Shown: positions 1-9,412, counted from the stretch's first letter. The stretch: 64,000 nt of DNA from Myxococcales bacterium (GCA_030652255.1 JAUSAZ010000196.1:10875-74874), one strand, 5' to 3'. Numbers and translations: made by a program. The notes: generated by a model from the letters alone, not told the origin.

Positions 1-320
1 TCGGCGCTGGCGACGAGGCCCACATGCAGAGCTACCAGACCAAGGAGCCGGACTACGACCACGTCCTGAGCCTGGTCGAGGCGCCCGCCTGGCTGCCGCA
101 GAACAAGCTCGAGACGGCCGTCACGGTGAACTTCCCGACCATGCCCAACCGGCCCGTGCGCCTGGCCAACCCGCTGACCGAGAAGGCCTACGACGTGGAG
201 TACCAGGGGTTCTGGAAATACCTCGGGTATCGCTTCACCGAGCGACACCCGCTCCACATCGGCACGACCTGGTGGTTCCACACCTCGCCGCTCAACCTCG
301 TTCCGCCGAAGGCCCCCTGA
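1..320 (+). CDS. 3' end of a CDS entering from upstream; hypothetical protein
   Basis: Frame 3 is open from the window edge to the TGA at 318-320. Codon usage is GC3-rich like the neighbours. No family recognised. Confidence 0.4.
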   Translation, partial: GAGDEAHMQSYQTKEPDYDHVLSLVEAPAWLPQNKLETAVTVNFPTMPNRPVRLANPLTEKAYDVEYQGFWKYLGYRFTERHPLHIGTTWWFHTSPLNLVPPKAP

Positions 321-394
321 TACGAGTTGGGTTTCAGTCTTGCCGCATTGGCGGCCAGATTGGTATCAAATGAGTATGAGGGGCGCTGACGGCG

Positions 395-1234
395 TCAGGC
401 GAGTACGCGCACGCTCACCGGGTGCGAGATTCCCTTGAAGGTCAGCAGGCGCTCCGGCAGCTCGGCCGGGTCGAGGTCGGCGGCGGCGCACAGCTCGGGG
501 CTGACCAGGGCCTCGCCCGGGTTGGCCTGGGCGCACATGCGCGCGGCCTTGTTGACCTCCACGCCCCAGATGCGGACGTCGGAGATGCCCTCCTCCGCAC
601 CCTGGATCGTCCCGATATAGACGACGCCCGTGTGCACCGAGACCCCGAACGGGAGGTCGTTCGGCGCGCGGCTCTTACCGATCTCCACGAGCCGCCGCGC
701 CGCGGTCAGCGCCTTCCGGGCGGCGGTCGCGGTGCGGAACGCCGCGAGGTCGGCCTCGGCGACCTCGGAGTCGGCGTTGGAGACCCCCGAGAAGCCTGGG
801 GGGTAGAGGGCGAACACCTCGTCGCCGATGACATCCATCATGAAACCGTCGGTCTGGACGAACACCGACGTGGTGCGGCGATAGAAGGCATTGATCCGCC
901 GGACGTACTCCTCCAGCTGGAGTTCTTCGGAGAGGGCCGTCGAGCCGCGCACGTCGGCGAACACCATGGTCATCGTGACCTTCGCGCCGCCGGGGTTGGC
1001 CCGAATGAAGTGGTCGCAGAGGCTACAGAACCGCGGGTTGCGATTCGAGGGCCCCGGGTGCTCGTCCGTCCAACCCTCAACGGGCAACTTCCCGAAGGGA
1101 GCCATGCACAGCCTGCATCGGGGCGGGATGCCCTCCGCCTGGAAGCGCTTCTGCTTCGCGATCAGATCGGGGTGCCCGACCGCGAACAGCATGTGCCAGA
1201 GACCTTCGTTCCACGTCGCCGCGGGCTGCGTCAT
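395..1234 (-). CDS. Class III adenylate/guanylate cyclase with N-terminal Cys-rich (zinc-ribbon-like) segment
   Basis: Cyclase motifs MVFADVRGSTALSE, GDEVFALYP, VSVHTGVVYIG and IWGVEVNKAARM. CxxC pairs CRLC and CSLC. Start chosen at MTQPAATW (ATG 1234-1232), preceded by GGAGGAG. The longer ORF start at 1387 was rejected. Confidence 0.8.
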   Translation of the reverse strand: MTQPAATWNEGLWHMLFAVGHPDLIAKQKRFQAEGIPPRCRLCMAPFGKLPVEGWTDEHPGPSNRNPRFCSLCDHFIRANPGGAKVTMTMVFADVRGSTALSEELQLEEYVRRINAFYRRTTSVFVQTDGFMMDVIGDEVFALYPPGFSGVSNADSEVAEADLAAFRTATAARKALTAARRLVEIGKSRAPNDLPFGVSVHTGVVYIGTIQGAEEGISDVRIWGVEVNKAARMCAQANPGEALVSPELCAAADLDPAELPERLLTFKGISHPVSVRVLA

Positions 1235-1386
1235 TCGTCGCTCCTCCGTCTGTACCCATATCACGATACCCCAGACGCCACGGCGGTCCCCATCGCCCTT
1301 CGCGGCCGATCGGGCACCTGCGCGCCCTCGTGGCGCACGATGCGCCACGGCGGGGCGGCTTCGTGATATCGCCGTGATCGGCGCCA

Positions 1387-2502
1387 ATGGCGAACGTCAC
1401 CCTGATCCTCGTGGGACTCCTCCAGCCATCTCGGGGCGGCGACGGCCGCGTCGACGAGTTTCTCAGCTCCTTCAGCCGGGCGTTTCAAGCCGAGCGCTCG
1501 TCCCCTCGCGCAGCCCTCCTTGCGCTGGCGGTGATCGTCGCCGCCGCGGCGGCCGCGGCGCTGGCCTGGCGCCTGTTCGATCGCTGGCAGTCCGCGCGCG
1601 CTGACGCCGCGGCGCTCGCGCACCTCGCGCAGGAGCGCGGGCTCACCGAGGACGACGTCGCGCTGCTCCAGGAGATCGCGGCCCGCGGTGAGACGACGGC
1701 GTTGGCCGTGGCGACCCACATCGACGTGTTCGAGCGCGCGGTCGCCGCCGAGCTCGCGGGCCGGGCGGACGCCACGGAGTCGCGCGAGGGCGACCTCGTC
1801 GACGCCGCGCGCCACCTCCGCCAGCAGCTGGGCTTCGCGACGCTGGGTCCGCAAGACATCATCATCACGACCCGCGAGCTCGAGCCGGGGATGCCCGTCG
1901 ACATGGCCGGCACCCGCACCACGGTCCACGAGGTCACCGAAGGCTCCTTCACGGTGCGCGTGGCGCACGCCCCGGAGGTCACCCCGGGCGCGAAGCTCGC
2001 GCTCAGCATCGTGCACCTCGACGAGGCGAAGTACTTCGTCATGTGCGACCTGCTCTCGGCCGAGCCCGACGGGGACGGCTGGCGGGTCGCGTTCGGTCAC
2101 GACGAGCACCCCGCGCGTACGCAGCGCCGTCGTTATGCGCGGGTGCACCCGGGCGGCGCCGCGACCGCGGAGTACGGCGGCGATCAAGGCGCGCTCGGCA
2201 GGCCCCGGACCGTGATCGAAGGCACGCTCCTCGACGTCGGCATCGGGGGCGCGGCGCTGCAGACGCTGTCGCGGGTCGAGGCGCGGACGCGCGCGAGGGC
2301 GACGTTCTCCATCGGCGCCGTCGTGTTCCGCGACGTCGAGGCCGTGGTGCTGGGGTGCGAGGGCCCGCCGGAGGGTCCCTACCGCGTGCGGCTGGAGTTC
2401 GTGCGTCTCTCGGCGGAGAAGCTGCGCCGCTTCGGCGAGGCGATCACCCGCTCCAGCCGACACCACCCCCACGTGGCGCCCACGCCACCCGGGGACGGGT
2501 GA
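1387..2502 (+). CDS. PilZ-domain protein (putative c-di-GMP receptor) with N-terminal TM segment
   Basis: QRRRYARV (RxxxR) followed by LLDVGIGGAAL (D.G..G-type PilZ motif). Hydrophobic stretch ALLALAVIVAAAAAAALAW. Divergent from the cyclase gene. Confidence 0.65.
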   Translation: MANVTLILVGLLQPSRGGDGRVDEFLSSFSRAFQAERSSPRAALLALAVIVAAAAAAALAWRLFDRWQSARADAAALAHLAQERGLTEDDVALLQEIAARGETTALAVATHIDVFERAVAAELAGRADATESREGDLVDAARHLRQQLGFATLGPQDIIITTRELEPGMPVDMAGTRTTVHEVTEGSFTVRVAHAPEVTPGAKLALSIVHLDEAKYFVMCDLLSAEPDGDGWRVAFGHDEHPARTQRRRYARVHPGGAATAEYGGDQGALGRPRTVIEGTLLDVGIGGAALQTLSRVEARTRARATFSIGAVVFRDVEAVVLGCEGPPEGPYRVRLEFVRLSAEKLRRFGEAITRSSRHHPHVAPTPPGDG

Positions 2503-2611
2503 CGATGCAGCTCCGCCACATCTCGTGGACAGCGCACCACCGGCTCATGCGTGTCTACTTCGGAGACCTTCGGCCTCGCGCACAACCTCGACAGCCCTCT
2601 CGGAGGTGGAC

Positions 2612-2869
2612 ATGCCTCGCCTCAACCCGTTCCTTGCGATCCCCCTCGTCTACCTGGCCCATGTCGGGTTCGTCCTGCTGAACGGACGCTTCCGCCGACG
2701 GGTCATCCCCGACCAGTCGGAGATCAGCGTTCGGGCCGTCGGCGAGCTGCGGGAGACCGTGACCCGAGCTGACAGGCCCGGAGAGTTCTGGTTCAAGGTC
2801 GGCAGGGATGTGGTGATCATCGTCGTGATGGTCTTCATCATCGTCGCGATGGGGGGCTGGACGATCTGA
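2612..2869 (+). CDS. Small 2-TM membrane protein, hypothetical
   Basis: ATG at 2612 preceded by GGAGGTGG. Two hydrophobic helices (FLAIPLVYLAHVGFVLL and VVIIVVMVFIIVAMGGW). Confidence 0.4.
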   Translation: MPRLNPFLAIPLVYLAHVGFVLLNGRFRRRVIPDQSEISVRAVGELRETVTRADRPGEFWFKVGRDVVIIVVMVFIIVAMGGWTI

Positions 2870-3194
2870 GCCGAGCTGAGCCGTCGACGGAGCGCTGATC
2901 CGGCACGACGCTCGACGCGAGGCTCTGCGGCGACGAAGGGCGCGCGAGCGTGTCGACGAGCGCCCTCAGCGAGGCGCTGCCCTGCCGCGGGAGCAGCTCG
3001 GCGTCGGGATCAGGGCCCTCGTCGGCCTTGGGCCCCCTTAGGGTCCACGCGGGGCCTCGCGGCGCACCTGCGGGAGTTGCCACCGGGTTGCCACCGGGTG
3101 CGCGACGACACTCGGCTATCTGTCCCGCCTGTAGCCGACGGCTGCCTCCGCCACCGCCACCGCCAACGAGCGAAACCCGAGAGACACCATCCCC

Positions 3195-4307
3195 ATGAAC
3201 CACGCCCACATCGCCGGCATCGGCATCGCCGTCCCGCCCCCCGTGACCACCGAGCGCTTCATCGAGGTCGACCGCCGCGCCCGCGAGGCGCACGGCCACT
3301 CCGCCGAGGTCTGCGAGTCCGCCGCGCGCTTCGCCCGCAACACCGGGATCATCAAGCGCCACTCGGTGCACTCCGCGTTGACCGGTGAATCGTGGGCCGG
3401 CGCGCCCGACATCTTCACCGACAACGACTTCGACGCCCCGCTCTGGCGCCGCCACGCCTTCTTCAAGGAGTACGCCCCGGTGCTCGCTCTGGAGGCGGCC
3501 CGCAAGGCCCTCGCCGACTGGGGCGGCGACCCCCAGACCATCACCCATGTCATCACCACGGCCACCAGCGGCTGGTCCGAGCCCGGGCTCGCCTGCGCCC
3601 TCATCGAGGGCCTCGGGCTCAGGCTCGACACCCGCAAGGCGGAGCTGAATTTCAACGGCTGCTTCTGCGGCGCCACCTGCCTGCGCCTCGCCCGCGACAC
3701 GGTGCGCGGCGGCGAGTCCGGCGCGGTCCTCGTGGTCGCCATGGAGCTCGCCCTCACCCACTACGAGCCCATCAACACCGAGGTCACCACGCTCGTGGCC
3801 AACGGCCTCTTCGGCGACGGGGCCGCGGCGGTGATCGTGGCCCCGGAGGGGCGCTGGCGGTACGAGCGCTCGGGCATGTCGCTGGTGCCCAACACCAGGG
3901 AGTACCTGACCTTCGCGCCGCCGACGACGCCAGAGCGACAGACCTACGAGATGTACCTGCACCGGGAGGTCGGCAAGCGCCTGGCCCACTACTTCCGCGA
4001 GGAGGCGGGGAAGGGGCTGCTCGCCGCGATGCTCGACATGTCGCACGGCGAGCGGTCGGCGCTCGCGGTGCACCCCGGCGGCCCCAACATCCTCGAAGCC
4101 GTCCTCGAGGTCTTCGTCTCCAACGGATGGCCCGCGGACGCCCTCCAGTCGTCGTTTCGCACGCTGCACAACTACGGAAACCTCGGCTCGGCGGCGATGC
4201 TCTTCGTGCTCGCGAACAGCCTCGCCGACCTGAAGGGCAACACGCTGGCCACCTTCGCGTTCGGGCCCGGCGTGACGGTCGAGTGGGGCTTCTACACCCG
4301 CGCATGA
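3195..4307 (+). CDS. Type III polyketide synthase (chalcone/stilbene synthase superfamily)
   Basis: Catalytic triad contexts NFNGCFCGATCL (Cys), VHPGGPNIL (His) and NYGNLGSAAMLFVL (Asn). Length 370 aa. Confidence 0.9.
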   Translation: MNHAHIAGIGIAVPPPVTTERFIEVDRRAREAHGHSAEVCESAARFARNTGIIKRHSVHSALTGESWAGAPDIFTDNDFDAPLWRRHAFFKEYAPVLALEAARKALADWGGDPQTITHVITTATSGWSEPGLACALIEGLGLRLDTRKAELNFNGCFCGATCLRLARDTVRGGESGAVLVVAMELALTHYEPINTEVTTLVANGLFGDGAAAVIVAPEGRWRYERSGMSLVPNTREYLTFAPPTTPERQTYEMYLHREVGKRLAHYFREEAGKGLLAAMLDMSHGERSALAVHPGGPNILEAVLEVFVSNGWPADALQSSFRTLHNYGNLGSAAMLFVLANSLADLKGNTLATFAFGPGVTVEWGFYTRA

Positions 4308-7300
4308 AGAACATGGGAACGCCACCGACCCTGCTCCACCAGCTCGAACACCGCCTGGGCCCGGACGGCGACCGCGTCGTCGTGCGCTTCCTCCACGACG
4401 ACGGCGCCGTCGAGACGCAGCGCTCGCTGCGCGAACTCGTCGAGCGCTCCAGGCTCATCGCCGCCGACCTCCAGCACGACGCCGGGCTCCAGCGGGGCGA
4501 CCGCGTCGTGCTCTGCTACGGACCGTCGCTCGACTTCATCGAGGCCTTCCTGGGCTGCCTGTGGGCCGGGGTCATCCCCGCGCCCCTCCTGCCGCCGGAC
4601 CCCTTCGGCTCGGACGTCGAGCGCCTCCAGCGCGTCTGCGAGGGCGCGCGCGCCCGGGCCGTCCTCACCAACCGCGCGTACCAGCGGGGCCGCATGCTGG
4701 GCCGGCTGGGACGCATCGCCCGCCTGCGCGCCGCGACGCCGTGGCCCGACCTCCCGTGGATCGTCACCGACGCGCGGCGCACCCGGCGCGCTCCCCGCAT
4801 CGAGCTGCCCTCGCCCGATGATCTCGCGTTCTTGCAGTACACCTCCGGGTCGACCGGGACGCCCCGCGGGATCCGGGTGAAGCACGGCAACCTCGCCCAC
4901 AACCTCGCGTTCGTGTGCGAGGCCAACACGCTGGGCGCCGGGGCCTCGATGTGCTCGTGGCTGCCGCAGTACCACGACATGGGCCTGATCGGCTGCGCCC
5001 TCTCGACCCTCTGGGCCGGCGGGGCGCTCACGATGATGTCGCCGTTCGCGTTCCTGAAGAAGCCGGTCTCGTGGCTGACGATGATGCACCGCTACGGCGC
5101 GACCCACACCGCCTGCCCCAACTTCGCCCTCGAGCTGGTGGCGCGGAGGGCCGACCCGGCGGAGCTCGCCAGCATCGACCTGTCGCGGGTGGAGGTCATC
5201 GCGTGCGGGGCCGAGCCGATACACCCCGACACGGTCGACCGCTTCTATCGGGCGATGGCGCCGACGGGGCTGCGGGCGGAGTCCTTCTCGGGCTCCTATG
5301 GCCTGGCCGAGACGGTCGTCGGCGTCGCCAACCGCGGCCGCTCGCGGCTCGCCGTCGACCCGAACCGGCTGAGCCTCGACCGCGTGATGGAGCCGTCCGC
5401 GGCGGCCGACGCCGTGACCGTCGTCGGCTGCGGCAAGGAGATCCTCGGCACCCGCATCCGCATCGTCGCCCCGGAGACCCGGGAGGTCGTGCCGGCAGGC
5501 CACGTCGGCGAGATCTGGGTGCACTCCGCGAGCGTGTGCGACGGCTACGAGGGCGACGACGAGGCGACGAGGCGGGTCTTCGGGGCGCGCCTCTCGCCCG
5601 ACGACGGCCGGGCGTGGCTCCGCACGGGCGACCTCGGCGCCGTGGTCGACGGCGAGCTGTATCCGACCGGGCGGCTGAAGGAGCTCATCATCGTGCGCGG
5701 GCGAAACGTGCTGCCCCACGACGTCGAGGAGGCCGCGCGGCGGTGCCACGGCGCCCTGCGCCCGGGCGGCATCGCGGCCTTCGGTGCGGAGAGCGACGAC
5801 GGCTCCGAGGCGCTCGCGATGCTGGTCGAGCTTCGCGACGAGGTGCCGGACGCGCAGGCCGCGGGCGTGGTCCGGGAGGTGCGGCGCGCGGTCGCGGCGG
5901 CGGTCGGAGTGCCGCCGGCCGTGGTGGTCGTGGGCCGCAAGGGGCTGGTGCCCAAGACGACGAGCGGGAAGACGCGCCGGGTGCGCTGCCGCGAGATGCT
6001 CACCGAAGCGGGCTTCGCCGCGCAGCCGTGGGTGGTCCTGGTGTCGCGCGAGGGCGACGGCGAGGACGTCGCCGACCCGTCGGAGCACCAGAGGGTCGCC
6101 GCGGAGCGCACCCTGGAGAGCCTCGTCGCCCTCGTGTCTGCGGCGGTGGGGCGCCCGCTCGACGAGGGAGCCCTCGACGCCCCCATCGGCGACCTGGGCC
6201 TCGACTCCGTGCGGCTCATGGAGCTGAGCCAGCGCATCGAGACGGCGCTGCGGCAGCCGGTTCCCGCCGACGCGGTGCTCTCGGCGCGCAGCATCCGCGA
6301 CCTCGGTCGCCGCCTCGGGTTGACGGCCGACCGGGCGGAGCGCCCACCGGTCCTGCGCACCTGGAGCTGGGAGCGCGTGGCGATCGGCGGCCACCCCGGG
6401 GTGGTCGGGGTCGTGGGCGACCCGCTGCCGGCCATCGCCCAGGAGGGCATCGACGTACGGTCGATCGCGCTCGGCGGCGACTACGCGGGGATCGAGACGC
6501 TCGTGCTCCGCTGTGCGGGCGATGCCGAGGCCGACATCGAGCGCTGCCGCGCCCTCGCGGCGCAGCTCGCGCGGTCGGCCCACCCCCCGATCGTCGTGGT
6601 GTCGACGGCGCCGGGGGCGTCGGGCGGGGGGCCATCCGACGCGGCCTCGGGCCTGGTCTGGGGCTTCGTGCGCTCGCTCCGGAGCGAGCAGCCCGCGCCG
6701 AGGTGGCGCGTGCGTGCGGGCGGGCCGTTGACGGCGGCGGCCCTGGCCGACCTCGAGCCCGAGCTCGTCCTGGGCGACGGCGCGTGGGCCCCGCGGACGC
6801 GTGACGCGGCCGCCGCCGCGCCGCCGGGGGTATGGGCCGGGCACGCGCTCGTCGTCGGCGGCCTCTCGCCCCGGGGCCGCCGCGCGTCGCTCTGGCTCGC
6901 CCAGAACTGGGGCGTCGAGCGGCTGGTGCTGCTCGACGCCGCCGCGCCCGACCCGCAGGCGATCGAGCACATCCAGAGCCTCGAGGCGGCGGGGGTGGAG
7001 GTGGTGACCGTCGTCGGCGAGCCCCAGCGCGAGGAGGACGTCCGCGCCGCCCTGGCCCACGCCCCGTCGCTGCGCTGGGCGGTGCTCTGCGCGGAGTCTG
7101 CCGAAGAGGGCCCCGCCGAGCGGCAGACCCGCGCGCGGGTGGTGCGTGCGTGGCAGCGGGGGCCGGTCGCGCTGGAGGTCCTGCACCGGGCGTGCGACCG
7201 CGACGCACTGCTGCTGGTGCTGGCCGACGCGGACGGCCTCGTCGGGCCCCCCCAGCGGGCCGCGGGGAGCGCGTCCGGGGCGGCGATGGCGGCGCTCGTG

Positions 7301-7501
7301 ACGTCCATCGCGGGCGGCGGGCGCCAGGCCGTCTTCGTCGGCTACGGACCCCGGGTCGGTGAGGTGAACCAGCGCGACGTACGGCGCGTCTGGGAGCCCC
7401 TCGGGGTGGGCGTGCTGCCCGACGACGACTCGCTGCCGCTGCTCGATCGCGCGGTGGCGAGCAGCGCCGCCGTCGTGGGCGTGTGGACGTCGGCGCGCTG
7501 A
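4304..7501 (+). CDS. Fused fatty acyl-AMP ligase (FAAL) - acyl carrier protein - KR-like (probably inactive) domain
   Basis: ATG 4304 overlaps the T3PKS stop (ATGA). FAAL-type N-terminus: DRVVLCYGPSLDFIEAFLGCLWAGVIPAP, LQYTSGSTGTPRGI, YGLAET, TGDLG. ACP motif GDLGLDSVRLMEL. C-terminal KR-like region: GLVWGFVRSLRSEQP, then Rossmann-like HALVVGGLSPRGRR. The ORF-track start at 3392 is an out-of-frame overlap with the T3PKS and was rejected. Confidence 0.85.
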   Translation: MKNMGTPPTLLHQLEHRLGPDGDRVVVRFLHDDGAVETQRSLRELVERSRLIAADLQHDAGLQRGDRVVLCYGPSLDFIEAFLGCLWAGVIPAPLLPPDPFGSDVERLQRVCEGARARAVLTNRAYQRGRMLGRLGRIARLRAATPWPDLPWIVTDARRTRRAPRIELPSPDDLAFLQYTSGSTGTPRGIRVKHGNLAHNLAFVCEANTLGAGASMCSWLPQYHDMGLIGCALSTLWAGGALTMMSPFAFLKKPVSWLTMMHRYGATHTACPNFALELVARRADPAELASIDLSRVEVIACGAEPIHPDTVDRFYRAMAPTGLRAESFSGSYGLAETVVGVANRGRSRLAVDPNRLSLDRVMEPSAAADAVTVVGCGKEILGTRIRIVAPETREVVPAGHVGEIWVHSASVCDGYEGDDEATRRVFGARLSPDDGRAWLRTGDLGAVVDGELYPTGRLKELIIVRGRNVLPHDVEEAARRCHGALRPGGIAAFGAESDDGSEALAMLVELRDEVPDAQAAGVVREVRRAVAAAVGVPPAVVVVGRKGLVPKTTSGKTRRVRCREMLTEAGFAAQPWVVLVSREGDGEDVADPSEHQRVAAERTLESLVALVSAAVGRPLDEGALDAPIGDLGLDSVRLMELSQRIETALRQPVPADAVLSARSIRDLGRRLGLTADRAERPPVLRTWSWERVAIGGHPGVVGVVGDPLPAIAQEGIDVRSIALGGDYAGIETLVLRCAGDAEADIERCRALAAQLARSAHPPIVVVSTAPGASGGGPSDAASGLVWGFVRSLRSEQPAPRWRVRAGGPLTAAALADLEPELVLGDGAWAPRTRDAAAAAPPGVWAGHALVVGGLSPRGRRASLWLAQNWGVERLVLLDAAAPDPQAIEHIQSLEAAGVEVVTVVGEPQREEDVRAALAHAPSLRWAVLCAESAEEGPAERQTRARVVRAWQRGPVALEVLHRACDRDALLLVLADADGLVGPPQRAAGSASGAAMAALVTSIAGGGRQAVFVGYGPRVGEVNQRDVRRVWEPLGVGVLPDDDSLPLLDRAVASSAAVVGVWTSAR

Positions 7502-7552
7502 CGGCCGCTCCGCGGTAGCGATCACGACGCCCACCGACGCCCGGACGCCCCG

Positions 7553-8251
7553 ATGTTTCGCACCACGCCCGACCCCGACGTCCTTCCCTGCAACGTCGCG
7601 CGGTGCAGCATCGCCGTCGACCTGCACGACGAAGCGGGCGACCTCGCCCTGGCCTTCCCGGGCGTCGCGCTCCCGGAGTCCCTGCGCGGCGCGGTCCGCA
7701 AGCGCCGCCTCGAGTACCTCGCGGGGCGCTGGTGCGCGCGGGAGGCGCTGCGCGTCGGTCACGCCCACCTCGCGGAGCACCCGTTGCCGCCCGGCGCCGA
7801 CCGGGCGCCCGCGTGGCCCGGCGTCGTCGTCGGGTCGATCACCCACACGCAGGGCTTCGTGTCGGCCGCGGTGGCCAGCGCGGCGGAGTTCCGGGGCGTC
7901 GGGATCGACAGCGAGCGGGTCTTCACCGCCGAGGCGGCGCTCCGGCTGGCGGGGCGGTTCGCGCGGCCCGGGGAGCTCGCGGCGCTCGGGCGCGGCGGGG
8001 CCTACGACGAGGGCACCCTGGCGGCCCTGGTGTTCTCCGCGAAGGAGAGTGTTTACAAGTGCCTGTATCCCATCGTTGGCGGGTACTTCGGCTTCCAGGC
8101 CGCGGAGGTGGTCGCGCTCTCGATCGGGGGAGCGTTGCGGGTGCGGCTGGTCGAGGGGCTCCCGGGTGGGTTTCGCGCGGGCGACGAGTTCGCGGGCCGC
8201 GCGGCCGTGACCGCGACGCATGTCCATACGGCGATCACGCTCCGCGCGTGA
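7553..8251 (+). CDS. 4'-phosphopantetheinyl transferase (Sfp/EntD type)
   Basis: Motifs GSITHT, GVGIDSE and FSAKESVYK. Lies immediately downstream of the ACP-containing gene. Confidence 0.85.
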   Translation: MFRTTPDPDVLPCNVARCSIAVDLHDEAGDLALAFPGVALPESLRGAVRKRRLEYLAGRWCAREALRVGHAHLAEHPLPPGADRAPAWPGVVVGSITHTQGFVSAAVASAAEFRGVGIDSERVFTAEAALRLAGRFARPGELAALGRGGAYDEGTLAALVFSAKESVYKCLYPIVGGYFGFQAAEVVALSIGGALRVRLVEGLPGGFRAGDEFAGRAAVTATHVHTAITLRA

Positions 8252-8351
8252 GGTCCACACCCACCCCCGAGGTAGCGCGCGGCGAGAGCATCTCCGCGGA
8301 CGCCGCGGAGGGGCTTGCGCCCGGTGGCGCGGTGGCCTAATCAACAACCAT

Positions 8352-8702
8352 ATGGTTGCAGATCAGCTCACGCCCGAGCAGGCCGACCGCGTGTTTCACG
8401 CGCTGGCCGACCGCACCCGGCGCGACATCGTGCGCAGCGTGCTGGGCGGCGAGGCGTCCGTGTCGGCGCTCGGGCGGCAGTACCCGATGAGCCTCGCCGC
8501 GGTGCAGAAGCACGTCGCGGTGCTCGAGCGCGCGGGGCTCGTGACCAAGACGCGGCGCGGTCGCGAGCAGATCGTGCGGGCCGACCTCGATCCGTTGCGG
8601 CGCGCGGCGCAGCTCTTCGAGCACCTCGAGGCGCTGTGGCGCGGCCGCGTCGACCGCATGGGCGAGCTCCTCGCCGAACCCCAGAAAGGACCTTCCCGAT
8701 GA
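8352..8702 (+). CDS. ArsR/SmtB-family transcriptional regulator
   Basis: FHALADRTRRDIVRSVL...VSALGRQYPMSLAAVQKHVAVLERAGLV (wHTH). Start at ATG 8352 (MVADQ). Confidence 0.85.
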   Translation: MVADQLTPEQADRVFHALADRTRRDIVRSVLGGEASVSALGRQYPMSLAAVQKHVAVLERAGLVTKTRRGREQIVRADLDPLRRAAQLFEHLEALWRGRVDRMGELLAEPQKGPSR

Positions 8703-9187
8703 CCGTGATCAACGTCCACAAGGATCTGTCGGCCCTGACCATGATCGTGCACGCGGAGTTCGACGCCGACGTCGAGCGCGTGTGGCAGCTCTGGGCCGAC
8801 CCGCGGAAGCTCGAGCGCTGGTGGGGCCCGCCCACCTTTCCGGCCACGGTCGTGAAGCACGACCTCTCGCCGGGGGCCGCGGTCACGTACTTCATGACCG
8901 GTCCGTCGGGCGAGACGCACCACGGGTGGTGGCGTGTGCTGGAGGTCGATCCGCCGCGCCGTCTGCGGGTCGAGGACGGCTTCGGCGACGCGCAGGGCGC
9001 GCCCGACCCGGCGATGCCCACGATGACGGCCGAGTTCGTGCTCGCACCGCGTGACGACGGCGGCACCCGCGTGACGATCACCTCGGCCTTCAAGACCCGC
9101 GAGCAGATGGAGCAGCTCGTGGCCATGGGCATGGAGGAGGGCCTGAAGGCGGCCATGGGCCAGATGGACGCGCTGCTCGCCGGCTGA
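8699..9187 (+). CDS. SRPBCC / AHSA1 (Aha1-like) domain protein
   Basis: ATGA overlap with the ArsR stop. VERVWQLWADPRKLERWWGP is typical of the AHSA1/SRPBCC family. ArsR-SRPBCC is a common gene pair. Confidence 0.8.
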   Translation: MTVINVHKDLSALTMIVHAEFDADVERVWQLWADPRKLERWWGPPTFPATVVKHDLSPGAAVTYFMTGPSGETHHGWWRVLEVDPPRRLRVEDGFGDAQGAPDPAMPTMTAEFVLAPRDDGGTRVTITSAFKTREQMEQLVAMGMEEGLKAAMGQMDALLAG

Positions 9188-9412
9188 CCGGAGGGGCGAT
9201 GCCGTCGCGGCCCCCTCAGCAGCGCCCGCAGGCGTGGGCGCGGGGGAAGCGCCCGGCGCACGTCGTCCGCAACGCGCGTCTCGGCCATGCATCGCCCGCG
9301 TCTCGCATGGCCGGTGATGTGATAGCTGGAATGGATCCGCGCCAGAGCTCATCCCGCGCTGGACGACCCATCCCACCGCGTCGTCGTGAGCGGACGTCAG
9401 GAGATCCCACCT

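Noticed and set aside
3392-4303. N-terminal 304-codon extension of the FAAL ORF in the track (3392..7501).
   Set aside because: It overlaps the type III PKS gene out of frame and translates to RG/P-rich nonsense. The FAAL homology begins at MKNMGTPP (ATG 4304), which overlaps the PKS stop.
4292-8347. 1351-aa ORF on the minus strand. Similar giant shadow ORFs occur at 8396-10507(-), 11659-13914(+), 22207-25380(-), 26941-29745(-), 27519-29789(-), 45530-49033(-), 49355-53119(-), 56278-59109(-) and 61140-63245(+).
   Set aside because: They are antisense or out of frame to CDSs with clear family motifs. Their translations are Arg/Ala/Gly/Pro-rich low-complexity strings, typical of stop-codon-poor frames in >70 % GC DNA. 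No motifs were recognised.
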